Assembly: GCA_030141605.1 (NCBI GenBank) | Contig: JAQGDQ010000044.1 | Span: forward strand, 496,001-560,000 | Direction of reading: 5' to 3' | Length of the DNA stretch: 64,000 bases | Source: Tubiluchus corallicola | Taxonomy: Eukaryota > Animalia > Priapulida | Part shown: piece by piece, positions 31,001 to 46,000 of the stretch | Position numbering within the stretch: the first letter of the stretch is position 1 | Layout of the letters: each line of letters begins with the position of its first letter | Position numbers and translations under genes: made by a program | The notes under the pieces: model-generated | The model's input: only the letters and a program-made list of their open reading frames with translations | Told to the model about the DNA's origin: nothing | The model's database searches: none

Positions 31001-34000
31001 TAACACCGCTGCAGATGCTATGATAGTGGCTCGCAATGGTACATCCACGACACCTAGCGAAGAGTTCTGGTAGTAAGTATTGCATTTTATGGCTTACTGT
31101 GTGAGGTGATGACTTCTTCCTAAATCACGATGGCAACTTGGAAATTTATCACAAAAATAAAGAGATTCAGTTAAAAAAATGAAATAAAGGATTCGAACAT
31201 TTGTTTGTTGAAAGTGCAAATAAAGTTAATGAGTATGTTTCTTTCATTCATTTAATAATCTTGCATAATTACATGACTGTACTTCATGGCAATGTTGCTG
31301 CCATCAATTTTTAAATGACCGTAAAATATGTGACCCAGTGGCCGTATGATTGTACTTGTGCCGAATCAGAGGCAATTTTGGAAACAAGTAACTGAACTGT
31401 AGTTTCATTTGCAAAGTAGTAGTAGTCGTAGTAGTAGTAGTAGTAGTGGTAGTAGTAGACAATTTGTTTAGACAATATTCAACATAGAATATTGCGCATG
31501 CAAAATGACAATTTCTCAAGGAGACTGTCACAAAAAACCTGTAAGGTTGCAGACGTGGCAGCGACTGGAAACACAGAATATTCTACAAGAGTTACAAGAG
31601 TGATATAAGAGTTATCATTACGAGAGTTATCATGCTAAGTTACATTAATGTAGTTGGCATACATAGCAACCAGGTAGATTACGTGAGTCACTATAAGAAG
31701 AGAGATAATTGCTCTTTTAATTGTTTAACAATGTAGCTTAAGCCATAATTCTTACTGTTAAACAAATAAAAATTTAATATTACTGGGGAACAGTGTATGT
31801 GAGAGACTGCTCAGCATACTTGGGTGTTTTACAATAATGCATCTGTAACTGTTGTCTTGTGGACAAAGTGGGTGGTAGACTATAATGATTTTCACAATTT
31901 TGCTAAACTGTTTTCGGTTTTTGCTGCTTTGCAAAACAGAGTGTTTTTTTTCTGTTAAGTGCTAGTCGCCTAGCTTGTTCAAGAGTGTCATAGCAGTTTC
32001 TGACTACATTCTCGCTTCATATGAAAATGCGCATTTTCGGTGAGATGTATAAAAACAAAAATTCTAACAATGTATGAGCTCAAAAAATCTGGCGCCCCTC
32101 AAAGGCTGGTGCGCTAGGCATTGCCTAGTTAGCCTATTGGTTAATACGTCCATGCTATTTGGCCGATTTCTTGGGCCCCGCACACACGCTCAAGCCGAGG
32201 ACGCTATAATGAATAACTAATGAGTATCCGCCGTACAAAGTTCTTGATATTATGAATTTAGCGAAACTATTCAGTATAACATCGTATATCTGTGTTTCAA
32301 CGTTCTTTTTACTGATCGTTTGTTTATTTAATTTGTAATTTTAGTTTATCGTCAGTTCAGTACTAAGTTCAGTTTTAAAAAAAGGTAATTAGTAAGCCCT
32401 AATGCATTAGTTGCGCCAAATGTACACCGAGCTTAGCACGTGATTTAGCTTTGTCCTAGGCGCCTAGCGCAGGTTTTCGGGCTAAAGGAAACAGGGTTTG
32501 CGCGGCGCTCGACCACTATTATAGTATGCAGGCGCATTTTCAAGAAAAGTGTTCGTTAAACTGCGACGAACCTACAGAATAACGTTAATCTAGTAGAGAC
32601 GTTTTACTATTAAAATACGTAGAGCGTTTTCAAAAGTGAAACTGATTAGAACTATACCTACGGTAAACAATTTCACAAGACAGACTAAATAATTTGGCAC
32701 TGCTATCTGTAGATAATTACACTGCAAAAATCATTGACATCACTGTGGCTAATGGTGGACCCTCTAGCCCTCAATACTTTTTGGCTGAGACTGGAGTACT
32801 ACACGAAGCAAGTGGCGGCTCGTAGCTAAAATTAGTGGCGGGTACTGCTTCAGAAAATTGTATTCAGGAACGTTACATAACTTCCAAACAGCTATTATCC
32901 CCTTCTTAATGATCCTGGATCCGAGTACCAGTTATCACTTTATTATCTTAGTCACTCTTTCATATACAATATTAATCTCCCTAATTAATATTGATTCTTA
33001 TCTGTCGCATGTGATCGTATAAAACTTGACTTAAGACTGAAGGAGGGGTTCACATCTAGTACATTAATTGCTATAAGGTTATTCACAACCCGGCTACTAG
33101 AGTTTAAGATAAAATCTATAGAGCAATGATTTCTTCTCACAAGATTGTTTCTACGACTCCGCGTTGTGAAAGAGTCTTAATCTCTAAAGCTATCTAGCAA
33201 AAGTTCCCGCAATTGAACTCGTAGAATACTTAATGTACCCAGTAAATCCTTAGATTCGTTTACAGAATTTGATGTTGCTTAACTGAGACACCTCTAAGCA
33301 TACTCGAACTAATCATTTATGATTAAACGAAATCCGTTTATTGTTTACAACAATTACTCTTAGTTTGCTAAATTACAATATATGAACCTAATCGCCAAAG
33401 ACGCTCACAATTTATAATTAGCTCCCAGAGATACTAAACAGTTTCCTTAACTAGTCTTTCACTTCGCACTTAAGGTGCTAATTTACAATGGGAAACATTT
33501 ATTACAATCAACTACACGTCACACTTAAGGTGTCTATTACTGTGATGAAGCTACTATGCAGAGTTGCTCTCAAGTTACGATAGGTTAAGTTCACTTAACA
33601 TGGTGGAATGACCAATGTCAACCGTTCAATTGGTCAATTCCGTTTCCGTTGTGACAATAATTCCTTGCCTTACAATAAATATATGCTTTACCAGCTAAGT
33701 GAGTTCCCATATTTTCTTAATAAATTTATCTGATCCAATTTGGAGGTCTCTTTATCAACATAATCTGATGAAGTTGATAACTTCATTAATTAATCACTTA
33801 ATTCATGATTCCGAAATTTATTCATAACAACTTTCCTCCCCTAAAACTCACTTAGATGTGGCTTATATTTAATGTTTCGCTACAAGGTCGCATCTCTTTG
33901 GAGCTCCTTAATTATACACGAATACTACATAACATGTTACATCCTTAAACTATTATGGGACATTCCGTCATGGAGGTCTTGGTGGCGGGACACCATTATC

Positions 34001-37000
34001 CATTGGTTTCCTTGACCGGGGTTCACGTATTCACTGTTCACGTATGCATTAGTGTCCTGAGTTCCTTCCTCAGCTACTCCCCTTGTGGTCTTTGCCATCT
34101 TCCATCTTCTTCCCGCCTTTTATCTGCAACGGTCCCATTATCCTGTAACATAAATACAATACGCAGTATCCTTGGTGTCATTTAAACATCTACATAGTTA
34201 ATACAACTATTCACATGCATCCCTTTTACCTAATTGAGTGGCTTCTTTACCATCATCCAATGCTACCAGCCTGTTAATTATGTTTGACTCCTACAATTTT
34301 GAATTATGTCTACCCTTAGATACATTCTTAGGCTTTCTCAGCCTTTTCCGGGTTAGTCTTTCGGGCAGATGGTTGAGGTACTTCCTTCAACTCTATCTCC
34401 TCGGGGTCCCCTACACGCTTTTTGGTCCTCTTGACCTTAACCCTGGGCCCTCGGTCGTCCGGATTCCCAGCGGGTGTACGTCCAGTCACCTTATTAGGTT
34501 TTTCGTCATCTGTCGGGTCGGAGTATATCCCGTACCCATTCTAGGTACCAAGGAATTCAAAACTAAAAGGCCACTTCTCCTCTTCCAATAGCACACCACT
34601 CCTACCATCAGAAGGATAGCCGTTATAGCCCCGATCAGGACCCATTTCCTAAAACCCGTCAGCCAGTCTGTGGCTACCGTCTTGCTTAACGCACGTCGTT
34701 GTCGTTTAAGTCGTTCTCCATTCTGTTTAATGGAGGTTTTAAGGTCGTCTAAGGATATGTCAAACTGGTCCCAAGTTTGTGGTACAGGCGGTTTTACATA
34801 TTCAGGGATCATGTCTACCGTGCCAGGAGTTATGTTTTGCAACTCACTCAACTCCTCATAGAACCTCTCAATCACTTCTCTCCTCGGCAACTCAATCTGG
34901 TTCTCTTCTAACCTTATTTGTGAGTTCCAGTAATAATAGGTAGGTAACTCGAAAGTCCTTGAGTGTACCTTACACCCATTCTTCATTACAATTAGTTTAG
35001 GTTCTACAATCCTCTCCTCTGAGGATGCTAATCGATCGGTACCAGGGATTGGGCAAGTATGTGTGATCAGAGTCTCGCCAAAAGGAGACACATACCAAGT
35101 CCCTGCAGTAATATAGGTCACAACTACCTCTGGTTGTTTAATTACCTTCACCCTACGCTCACAGGCTTCTAATATCTCTTCAGGCCTGTTACGAAACAAT
35201 ACGGCTGGACATGCCGTCGCGTAAGCAGTTGACCTTACTGGCACCTTTAGTTGGCACGGTTCTCTACTCTTATCTAGACACAATTCCGTGTCTCTATTCT
35301 CGGGCAAGAAGAACTTAGTCCTCTCTATATTGATACCAAAATATTTCCATCCTGGATTAAGGTAAATATAACCCGTAGAATTCGGCATTACCATAGGCAT
35401 AGGTACGATCTGGAACAAGTCGAACCTATCTTGATCTGGCTGTAGCGATATGAGGGCTAGCACCGCATATCCTCCAACAGTAGCTAATAACGTGACTTCC
35501 ATAGTCTCATAATAATACAGTAAATCTCCTTCCGGCCTTTCCGGCAAGGATAAAGTACTCGGTAACGCCTTCTGTATCTCGTACAGTGTATCTCGCAACT
35601 GTGCAGGTCCCAATAAAAGAGGTGACATCGTGCCTGACAATAAAGTAGACAACATGTCTGTCGTTTTGTGCACATTGTCAGTCAACCTTCACATAGTATG
35701 GGAAATATGCTGCATCAGCGCCATTATTTCTGTTAATGCCACCATCTCATGAGTCATTATCTGTGCGTGGTATGCAAATTCCACCTTAAGTTCCGCTAAA
35801 TTGTATTTTAACTCTGCAGTGTCATTTTGCAACAATATTATATGTTTGGCGTTTTCCTGACTCTGGATGTGTGTATAATTTATTAACGTCACAGACTTTT
35901 CAAGGATGTGCTGCATGGATTCTTGGGAGGCCTGTATCAGATCAAGCTTTCCTGCCAGGGCTTGTAAATCTTCCTCGGTTGCAGTACCTGTTAGGGCTTT
36001 AGAAATTTTCCCTAAGAAAGGAAGCAAGCTACGCCTTGTTCGGCTTCTTCTAGTCCTACCATCCAGGTTCATTCCGGATGAAGGTTCGGGCCTGGACTTA
36101 TTTTCGCTCGAGGATGGTTGACGATCTCCTGCTCTTCTAGACGCCAGGAGGTGCGCTATGTCATTCGTCTTCTGCCTGAGCCAGATAAGTGGAAGCGATA
36201 GTGTTTACTAACACTGTGATGGCTTCCGGGAACCTATCCGCCTGATGCAATGGGGTGTGGGGTTTATCCACACGTTTTGCAGGGTCCCAAGAATGATGCT
36301 TTAAGATAAGCATTTCCTGCTTCAAAGCTTCCAAGCAAAGTTCAACTGGGCTAATGTTTAGCTGCATTAATAGGGCCCATCAGGATTGAGATACTTTTAC
36401 TTCTCCTTTACGGATGAAGATTGCTCCGGGACTGGTCACTACATTGGCTTCACTGATTACCAACATGAGACTCCCGAACATCCACAGCACTATTCTGGAT
36501 TCCATATTCTGAAAAACAGTCCAAAACATCATAGCCTTGGAAAGGTCTGGACTCACTGTACACTTATTTATCATCATTCTCATATCTTATCTATATAGGT
36601 TAGGGGACTTTCCTCCCCCTGGAGTGGCCCTAACCTCTTTCATAAATTAGTAAGTTATTCCGCTCCAGCCTTACTATTTATCCATAGATCTGTTGCGCGT
36701 GCGCGGAAATTTAGTTCTTAACCTAATACGAGGTTAAGTGGATCAAGAGTTCAAAACTAGACTAAACCGCTTGCAAACAACATTGGATCTATTCCATTTT
36801 TATTCCCGCTATAGCGCTTTATAGCTATCAAATTTTACTTCGCATGCATGCCTTTAATTCTTACTGAACAGTCCTACTGTTCCTATTTATATCTCACGCG
36901 CATCACAAATTTACTTCCAGAGTAACGTTCAAGACCTTGGCCTCTAATTACCGCTACTTATGTCTTATGTTAACCACTGTGCACGGCGATTGGCAAACGT

Positions 37001-40000
37001 TACTTATGGTAGTATTTTCCTTTAAACTTTTCGCTTCTATTCTCCTCTTACTCTAATTGTAGGTCGGGTTTTCACTTGTTCGCATCTTCTGTTCGCTTTT
37101 AACATTTCTAACTATATTCTACTCTTATCTCGCGTACTATAAATATTTTCCCATTCTTACTCATTTTCATTCCTTCCTCTTCTTACTTGTTTTACCTAGG
37201 TATTCTTTAGTTATTCCTAATTTTTATTTTATTTTCTTTCAGACCAAGCTTCGACAGTTCTCCCTGTAGCATCATATTAACACAGCGTCCCATGTTAAAC
37301 AGTTGCAACTTAGTTCGTGCTGTTTGTGCTGCCCTCTGTAGCCTAACGTGTTAGTTGGCCATCCAACTCTGCTGACCACGCTTGACCTGTTATTTACCTA
37401 TATAATTATTATTATTCCGCGCGCCAGATGTCTCTAGTGTGTTGCTTAATTCAGTATGCTGCGACCTCGCATACTTTTCACTCACTTTCACTTTCCTTGA
37501 TAAATTATTCATGAGGTCATTATTGCGAACACCCGCGTCCTACTATAACTTTCACTTTCTAAGCCAGCGTGTCCAAACGCTGGTCCAATCCACAGGTTTC
37601 TGAACCTGGGTTGTTTCTCGAGACATATGAAGAACCTTTTCTAGGGGAGGGGGCCCTTCATCTTCATAATCAGACTCTATCGAACTACCTGTCTGTGAGG
37701 TTTCGCTATAGGTCATACTACTTCCGGTTCGTCTCGATTTTGCACTAACTTCAGAGAATTCGCTACCACTATCGATCCTTGTCCATTTGGTTTGGCTAGA
37801 GTGCGCTTCTTCCGGCATTAGCAGGGGTGGCGGCGAACTACTAGAGATCTCTGAAGTATCTTCTTCCCGTATTCCAGGGCGAGTATTCCAGCTGTCTCTT
37901 CTTCCTCGGACAACTCTTCGCCTAGGTCATTTCCTAACCTAACTTCCGGAATTTCCTCACCGTTCTCTCTATCTCTTTCTAAGAACGGGGCGTCAAAGGG
38001 GTCCCATGCCAAACTCTCGGCATTATCTATAGCCTTCTCGCTATCTTCCTTCCCTTGACTTAACGTTACTCCCTGTAACGTAGTTCCTACAGGAGCTGAC
38101 CCTTCTGGGGCTCACCTACTAACATTTTCTCCTACTTGAGAGACTTCGGGTTCAGAAACGCGGGCAACTCTACGCAGAGGTCTGCCTGCTCTATTTTTCT
38201 CTCGAGCTCCTGGTTTAGTTGACCAGGCAGCCGTGGGAGGTACTAATCGCAAATGCGTCACATGGCACGTTCTTACTCGGCCCGTGTCCATGTTCTTTAT
38301 CTTGTACCTATGTTTACCTAACCTTGTCAACACAACATAGTTACTTTCACAATATTGATTTAGTTTTCTTGAAGCTTTTGGCTTCATAGCTTGGTTATAA
38401 TAGAAGACAATATCGCCAGCCCTAAAATGGCGAGTCTGGGCCTTACGGTCATACAACTCCTTACACTTAGCTCTGGCCGCTTCTGTTCTCTTTTTCGCTA
38501 CCACAAAAGCTTGATGCATCGTTTGTAAATAATTCTCAAAATAATCCTCTCCCACATATTTATCCGGCTCTGCCAAATGGTTCTCTATCATCCCTCGGGC
38601 GCACGTGCAAAGAGAAGGTAATAGGGGAAATATCCCGACGTACTGTGTATGGAAGTGCGATAGGCTGCTAAGGCCCTTGGGATCTGTTTGTCCCAATCTA
38701 GGGGATTCTTGTCCGTTAGCTGCCGTAACAAACTCATTAACGTCGCATGTTGACGTTCTTCAATCTCATTTCCGGGAGGGTTATAGGGAGTTATGGTAAT
38801 GTGGCGTATCCCATAATGCTTGGTCAGCCTCTTGGTCATATTGTTGACATATGACCTGTCATTATCAGTGATCAACTTGATGGGGGCCCCATACCTACAA
38901 ATAATCTCATTTACAAAAGCCTCAGTAACTGTTTCGGCCCTTTTATCCGGAATACCCACGGCATTCACCCATTTGGTGGCCAGGTCCGTAAATGAAATTA
39001 TATATTTGTTGCCATTCTCTGTCATAGGTGATGGACCTATGATATCGGTTGCCACCGTTTGATAAGGCACGATTGGAATCGGTGCCTCTTGCATGGGGAA
39101 CCTTACCACATTTCTACTCTTCTTATTACAGACAGGGCGACTTTCTATAAACCTCTTGCAGTCCTGTCTAATGGTGGACCACCAAAATCTAATTATGACT
39201 TTATTAACCGTTTTTGCCAATGCAAAATGTCCACCAGTGAACGAACTGTGTACCTCCCTAATCACTTCATCTATTAAAACCGTCGGTACTACAATTAAAT
39301 AATAATTTCCCTCATTCGTCCCATATTTCTTATTGATTCGGCATAGTAAACCATCGTCATTTATCGCGTAATCTTCTAATAATCTATACGCCTCCTGAGA
39401 CTGTTTAGGACTCGTAATTACATGTGTCAAATGAGAAAGCGTCGCATCTTGACTCTGCAATAAAGCGAACCTTTTCTTATCAACCAACGCGTCCTTTAGT
39501 TTACCATCCGCTGTCAGCTCTGTGACCTCTGACCTGGTCACTTCCAGATTTGGCTCATTGCCATTTTCAGAATTCTCATTAATTCTATTTCTTTTCAGCA
39601 AAGCCTCCTCGCGCAATATAACCTTCCTTTTAGGGAACAAAATCCCTGAAGAATTGGCAGACTGAACCCAGTCAGCATCATTATACTCTAACAAAATAGG
39701 TCTACCATCCGCAGTATTGCTCACAGTAGCGCCCCCTGGGCGTGCTGGGTCCTTAAACGTGCTGCTCTCTGATGGCGAGAGCTATTTTCTCCTATCGCGG
39801 CTACTTGGTACTTAGTATCTCTTTTCTCTAGGCGGCGCCATTTTTCATCTAAATCTCTCTTAGTGAATGGTTTTTTCTCTGTCGCTTCCATTTTACTCAT
39901 AGGCAAACGACTATAGTGGTCGGCTGGATTCTTGCTGCCTGGGCAATATTCAATTTTCGCACTTTGTTGCGACAGTAACAACGCCCAGCGCTCTAACTTA

Positions 40001-43000
40001 GCATTTTTCAATTGCTTACTCTCCAACAGATACTGCAAACTCTTATGGTCGGTTCTAATTATATACCGACTACCATAAATAATGGTGTAATTTTCGGATA
40101 CCGTACACTATCGCATATAATTCGCGTTCTGAAGCTGTCCAACGCAGCTGCGTAGGCGTTAATTGGTGTGAGAAAAACTCCACAGGCCGTTCTACCCCAT
40201 TAATTTCCTGGGTCAATACACCTCCTACACTATACAGACTAGCGTCTGTGTATAGAATATATGGCCTTTCCGTGTCCGGATGAGTAAGTAGTTCCGGATT
40301 TAATAACGCAGCCTTTAATTCCTTAAACGCTTTCTCTTGCGCTTCTCCCCAACTAAACTTAACATTTTTCTTAGTTAATTCAGTCAATGGTCGAGCGATT
40401 TCCGCAAACCTCGGTATATTCGCTCGATAATAATTACAGCTTCCAATAAAACTTCTCACACCTCTCACATTAATTGGTCGGTCCATTGTCTGTACTGCCT
40501 TAGCTCTCTCGGAATCGGGTCTGAGGCCATCTTTACTAATAATATAACCCAAAAACTGCACATCAGGCTTAAAAAACTGGCATTTTGAAGGCTTTAACTT
40601 TAGATTAGCCTCACTTAGCCGTCTAAAAACTTCTTGTAAGTGGTCTAAATGTTCTTCTTGCGTTTTTGAATACACTAGAATATCATCTAGGTACGCTATG
40701 CTGAACTTGTCAGTGATTCCGTCTAATAGTTTATTGATCACGTGCGAAAACACTGATGGACTCGTTAAAAGACCCATGGGGCTACGTGTAAACATATAGG
40801 AACCATCCTGTGTGACGAACGCCGTCTTTGGCTGATCATCTTTATGGACAGGTATTTGCAAGAAACCTTGTCGCAAATCTAAACAACTGAAATATTTGGC
40901 GCCCTGTAGTTTATCGGTGAAGTTGGATAAAGTTCGACTAGGAAAGGCGTCGAACTTTACGCACTTATTAATCCATCAGCCTTTTTAACTAACAAACAGG
41001 GTGACGCCCAAGGACTATTCGCTGGCACCATTATCCTAGCTGCTAATAATTTACGAATAATCTTATTCAGCTCCTTCTCTAAATTATTCGGTACTCAATA
41101 AGGTCTAGAGCGCACTGGCTCAGCATCCCCTGTATCGATCCGCATCTCCGCGAGCTTGGTTTCTCCTAACTCTAAATCTGAACTGGCAAACACCCCTCTC
41201 CATGTTTTTAATAACCTTCCTAATTTAGACCGCCACAAAGGTGATAAATGATCCAATTTAAATTCAACCTCTGTCTTAGTTCCCGAAACCCCGTCATGAT
41301 ACCGCCAATGTCTATATGCGCCCTCGGCATCCGCCGACGAAACGCTTTTTGGAGGGCCATGCAGATGTTTTAATTCCAAAAACACCTTGCCTCCATTATC
41401 ATAATTTACTTCCAAAGGGTAATTACCCATCGCCCCACTGTGAGTTTTACTACCGCGTGCACTGCGGGACACCGCGTTCACCGCTAAACATGACGCACGA
41501 CCTCGAGACCTCTGCAAAACTCCCTTCTTCAGCGCGGGCCTGCAGTGAAGGCTACCATTCACAAACCTTCGCTGACTATTTTCTCTATTAATATCATCCG
41601 AGCCGCCTTGATTAACTTGACTATTCGCGAGCGCTATCGCATATATCTCTCTTTCACTTAATTCCTGCGCGGTGCCGAATATACTGTTCTTCCTAATTCT
41701 TATAGGTCTACTAGAATTGTTCCGTAATAGTAGTGAGCATTTTCGCCTCTCGTTTAACTCAACCAACCCAGCCTCAAATCCAACATCTGGGCGGTTCTTA
41801 AAAGTGGGCGCATTTTCTGCCATTTCTACACATAAAAGTTGACCCGGGGGTCGATCTCTTTGAATTCTAACTCGCAGCACCACTTCGCTTTGACTAGGGA
41901 CGCAAACGTTCTCATCCGCGAGCAGCAAATCTAATTCCTGCTCACTAATTTTCTCTAAAGCAAGTAAATGGGCTCTGTTGCCGATAACTAACAATTTTTG
42001 GCCACAGTCTAACGAAGCACCCATTCGGTGGAGTGCATCTATCCCTAGTATAGCCTGCTGTTTCATTTTTACAATTTGGTATTTAATTCGTATTTTGCTA
42101 TCGCCAAACTTCGTTTCTATAACCTTTGAACCGAGTACCGGCATTGCCATGCCGGTAGCGTCCTTTAAAGTTATTTTACTAACATCATACGGGCCCATAC
42201 CTAATTTTTTATATAACCCTGATGAGATGCACGACGTGGTTGCCCCAGTATCAACAAGCAACCTCGCCGGGCATCCATTCAACTCCACCACACAGGTAGG
42301 TTGGGAAATTATCGATTCCTGCCAACCTGTGGAGCTGTGCGTTCGATACGCACTCACGGTATCCCATTTATCTCTTCCTATACTATTTAACTTTAATCTT
42401 TTTCGGCACCCTTTAAGCGCAGTCCGCCTTTCTCCATTATCATTTCCGCTTTTACAACATTTACACGTACCAATCTTATTTATACTTCTATTCACATTGC
42501 CGCTCATCTCCTCTACACAATCTCGGCTTCTCACGGGGGAGACGACCCGCTGGGAGCCTAGCAGTTTTCCTGCGGCCTTCCACGGCCTATTCTCCCTTGC
42601 ATGACAGGACCCCTGTATCGACACTCCCTAGCAAAGTGTCCCGGTCTCTTACACTTAAAACATATATCCGCCTGCGTGGGCCTTCGTGGGTCCGGGTTCC
42701 ACCTGCCTAACCCTTGACGGCCGAATCCGGCGGGCTGAGACAGCTGCCTAGGTGCTGGCCCTCTGTGGGGAGGATTCCTACCTACCGGATGCTGTTTACC
42801 CTGGCGGTTCTCAGGAACCGTTTTCCTATTCTCAGGGCGACCTTGTCCCGGCCTTTTAGCATCTCCGGGCACCATCAGCTGACATACAGGGCTGTCATCT
42901 TCATTACTCGACTCAGTTGCTATATAATCAACTTCCATAGGCGTATCCATTCTCATCTGGTGAGCGACATGCTGACTCTTCAACCTCGTAATCTCATGGT

Positions 43001-46000
43001 TACTTTCATCGTCTCGGCATCTCGCATACGCCACCTCTAAGGTCAGGGGGTTGTGCTTAATTAACTTGGCTCTTAATTGATCATTTCTAAGTGATTCTAT
43101 CAATACATCCGTTAGAAACTGTTGCGCCAGGGGCTGGTCAATCTCTGTAGGTCTATAGGCCAATCTAGCATGGTACCAAATACGGTCAACTAACTGTCTC
43201 AAGGATTCCTGTTTCTTTTGCCTAAGATTCTTTAATTCTATCATGTGTTTTGTCAATTCCGCCCGGTTTACATACCGCTGTTCTAAATACGTTACAAATT
43301 GACTCCAGTTCATACCAGACCATAATTCCCTATTCGCATCTAAATACTGAGCGCAAGAACCGTCAACTGTCATATAAGCCAATCTTACACACACACCACC
43401 AGCATTCTGTGAGTCGGGTGAGATACAAAACCCCCTCCTAGTAATGCCCTGAATCCAAATTCTAAATCTCTCACTGCAATCAGATTCCTGACCTGAGAAC
43501 TTTGGCAGGTCGGCCAATGCGCTGCACAATGCCCATTGGTCCGTTATACTACCTAATTGGGAGGAGAGCCAGGTCGCTCTCTCCACCATCATGGGTACCG
43601 CCCCACCTACTTGAGCAGAGGTGTAAACCCCTGGGTTAATCGTCGCGTCTGGGAGAAGGCTACCTTCCGCCTTACTTTCCTCATCTCTTATACATTTCAA
43701 AATTATCGCATGCAAAGCTTGTACCTCTCCGCTTTGTTGCTCTAACCACCCGTCCGGCAGACTCCCGGATCGGATCCAGCTCTCAATTTGAGCTTCACTT
43801 ATTAATTCTTGAGGGTCAGACATAATCTACAGAATTTTATCGCAACACAAAATCGCAACACAAAATTTCCTACTGCTATAGTTCAGGCTGTTAGCACCTC
43901 TGACAATAAAAACCACCTACCAATTTGGCTTGGGGATCTCCAATAACTTCTAGAATCGCCTCCGTAATTGTCCTCCAATAAATTTCCAGCTGTGTCGTAG
44001 CTTTTCGACTTCCGACAGCTTTCACTTTCGACACACCTGAGAGTAAATGCAAGTAGTTCACAGCAGTTTACAATTTCAAACAAACCTTATTGATTACAAT
44101 AGTTAGTTAAACAACAAAACAAAATCCTGCGGTCACCGGCACCAGTTATTATCCCCTTCTTAATGATCCTGGATCCGAGTACCAGTTATCACTTTATTAT
44201 CTTAGTCACTCTTTCATATACAATATTAATCTCCCTAATTAATATTGATTCTTATCTGTCGCATGTGATCGTATAAAACTTGACTTAAGACTGAAGGAGG
44301 GATTCACATCTAGTACATTAATTGCTATAAGGTTATTCACAACCCGGCTACTAGAGCTTAAGATAAAATCTATAGAGCAATGATTTCTTCTCACAAGATT
44401 GTTTCTACGACTCCGCGTTGTGAAAGAGTCTTAATCTCTAAAGCTATCTAGCAAAAGTTCCCGCAATTGAACTCGTAGAATACTTAATGTACCCAGCAAA
44501 TCCTTAGATTCGTTTACAGAATTTGATGTTGCTTAACTGAGACACCTCTAAGCATACTCGAACTAATCATTTATGATTAAACGAAATCCGTTTATTGTTT
44601 ACAACAATTACTCTTAGTTTGCTAAATTACAATATATGAACCTAATCGCCAAAGACGCTCACAATTTATAATTAGCTCCCAGAGATACTAAACAGTTTCC
44701 TTAACTAGTCCTTCACTTCGCACTTAAGGTGCTAATTTACAATGTGAAACATTTATTACAATCAACTACACGTCACACTTAAGGTGTCTATTACTGTGAT
44801 GAAGCTACTATGCAGAGTTGCTCTCAAGTTACGATAGGTTAAGTTCACTTAACTTGGTGGAATGACCAATGTCAACCGTTCAATTGGTCAATTCCGTTTC
44901 CGTTGCAAGACTCCATTCGCAGATCCAGTGCTCAATTCTTTGAGGACGTAGATAGTTGTCTACGCTGGGTCTAGCGTGTCGTTGCTTCTCTCAGAGTTCC
45001 TGTAGTCTCTCCAGACTTGATCTCCTCTCTCCCTGCCTCACGATTCACCGTCGATACACGATTCACCACCCGACGCCTAACGATTAACCACGAGCCCTTG
45101 CAAAACACCATCTTATATACTCCAATGGAGTCTTCATAGCTTTGCACGCGGACGCGCGAGATGTCACCATAGGTCAAAGGTTCTGTTGTGGCTTGGTTGT
45201 TTATGACCATCCAGATGTCCAGGTCGCGTAGCCTCTCACCTGAGAAACTCTGCTTCGTCCTTCGCTTCTCGCTTGGGTCATAAACTTCTGTTTAAGAAAT
45301 GAGCTTCTTCCTGCTCCTTCCCAATTAAAGTCCAGCAACTCGCATTACATTACAGGAGGTATATACTCTTAACCACTCCATGTTATAAAATTCAGCTTCG
45401 CTTCTCTTAAATTCAAACACCTGTGACAAACTTTTCCTCTCTAAATGAACACCTGTTCTATTACTTGTAAACACATCTCTTGTGACAATAATTCCTTGCC
45501 TTACAATAAATATATGCTTTACCAGCTAAGTGAGTTCCCATATTTTCTTAATAAATTTATCTGATCCAAATTGGAGGTCTCTTTATCAACATAATCTGAA
45601 TAAGTTGATAACTTCATTAATTAATCACTTAATTCATATTTCCGAAATTTATTCATAACACAGCAAACATGGGAAGCAAAACAATGCATTTTTTACTTCG
45701 CAGCCGCAAAGCCAACTGTACCACTTAGAATTAAGGCTAAGATATACTTCTTGTTGTTGCTTATTCCTGGTCGAGATATTTGAATATTTCCGGGAAGCAC
45801 TAAACATCAATCTTCAGGTTTGCAGGGTAAAGGGTCCCACTAAAAATTTTCTAATTTGTGACTGTGCACTTAATGAACTCGTCTATTCTTATATATACAG
45901 GAGCCAGAATTGTTCGATGGTGGGGCAGCTCAAAATCACATAGATCAGCCATATATACGCCACGTGTAAGGTCACATATATAACATAATTTGGTTCCTTT

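Larger units (their letters stand above)
32893..45660 (-). mobile_element. Env-carrying Ty3/Gypsy LTR retrotransposon (errantivirus-like), defective, antisense in SLC6 coding intron 3
   Basis: LTRs 44147-45660 and 32893-33829; 4-bp TSD CAGC (32889-32892 and 45661-45664). PBS TGGTGCCGGTGACC resembles the complement of the tRNA-His 3' end; PPT AGGGGAGGAAAGT. Order is gag, pol (PR-RT-RH-IN), env. Confidence 0.96.

Noticed and set aside
41316-43745. Plus-strand ORFs of up to 208 aa inside the Gypsy element
   Set aside because: Antisense shadows of gag and pol with no recognisable motifs.
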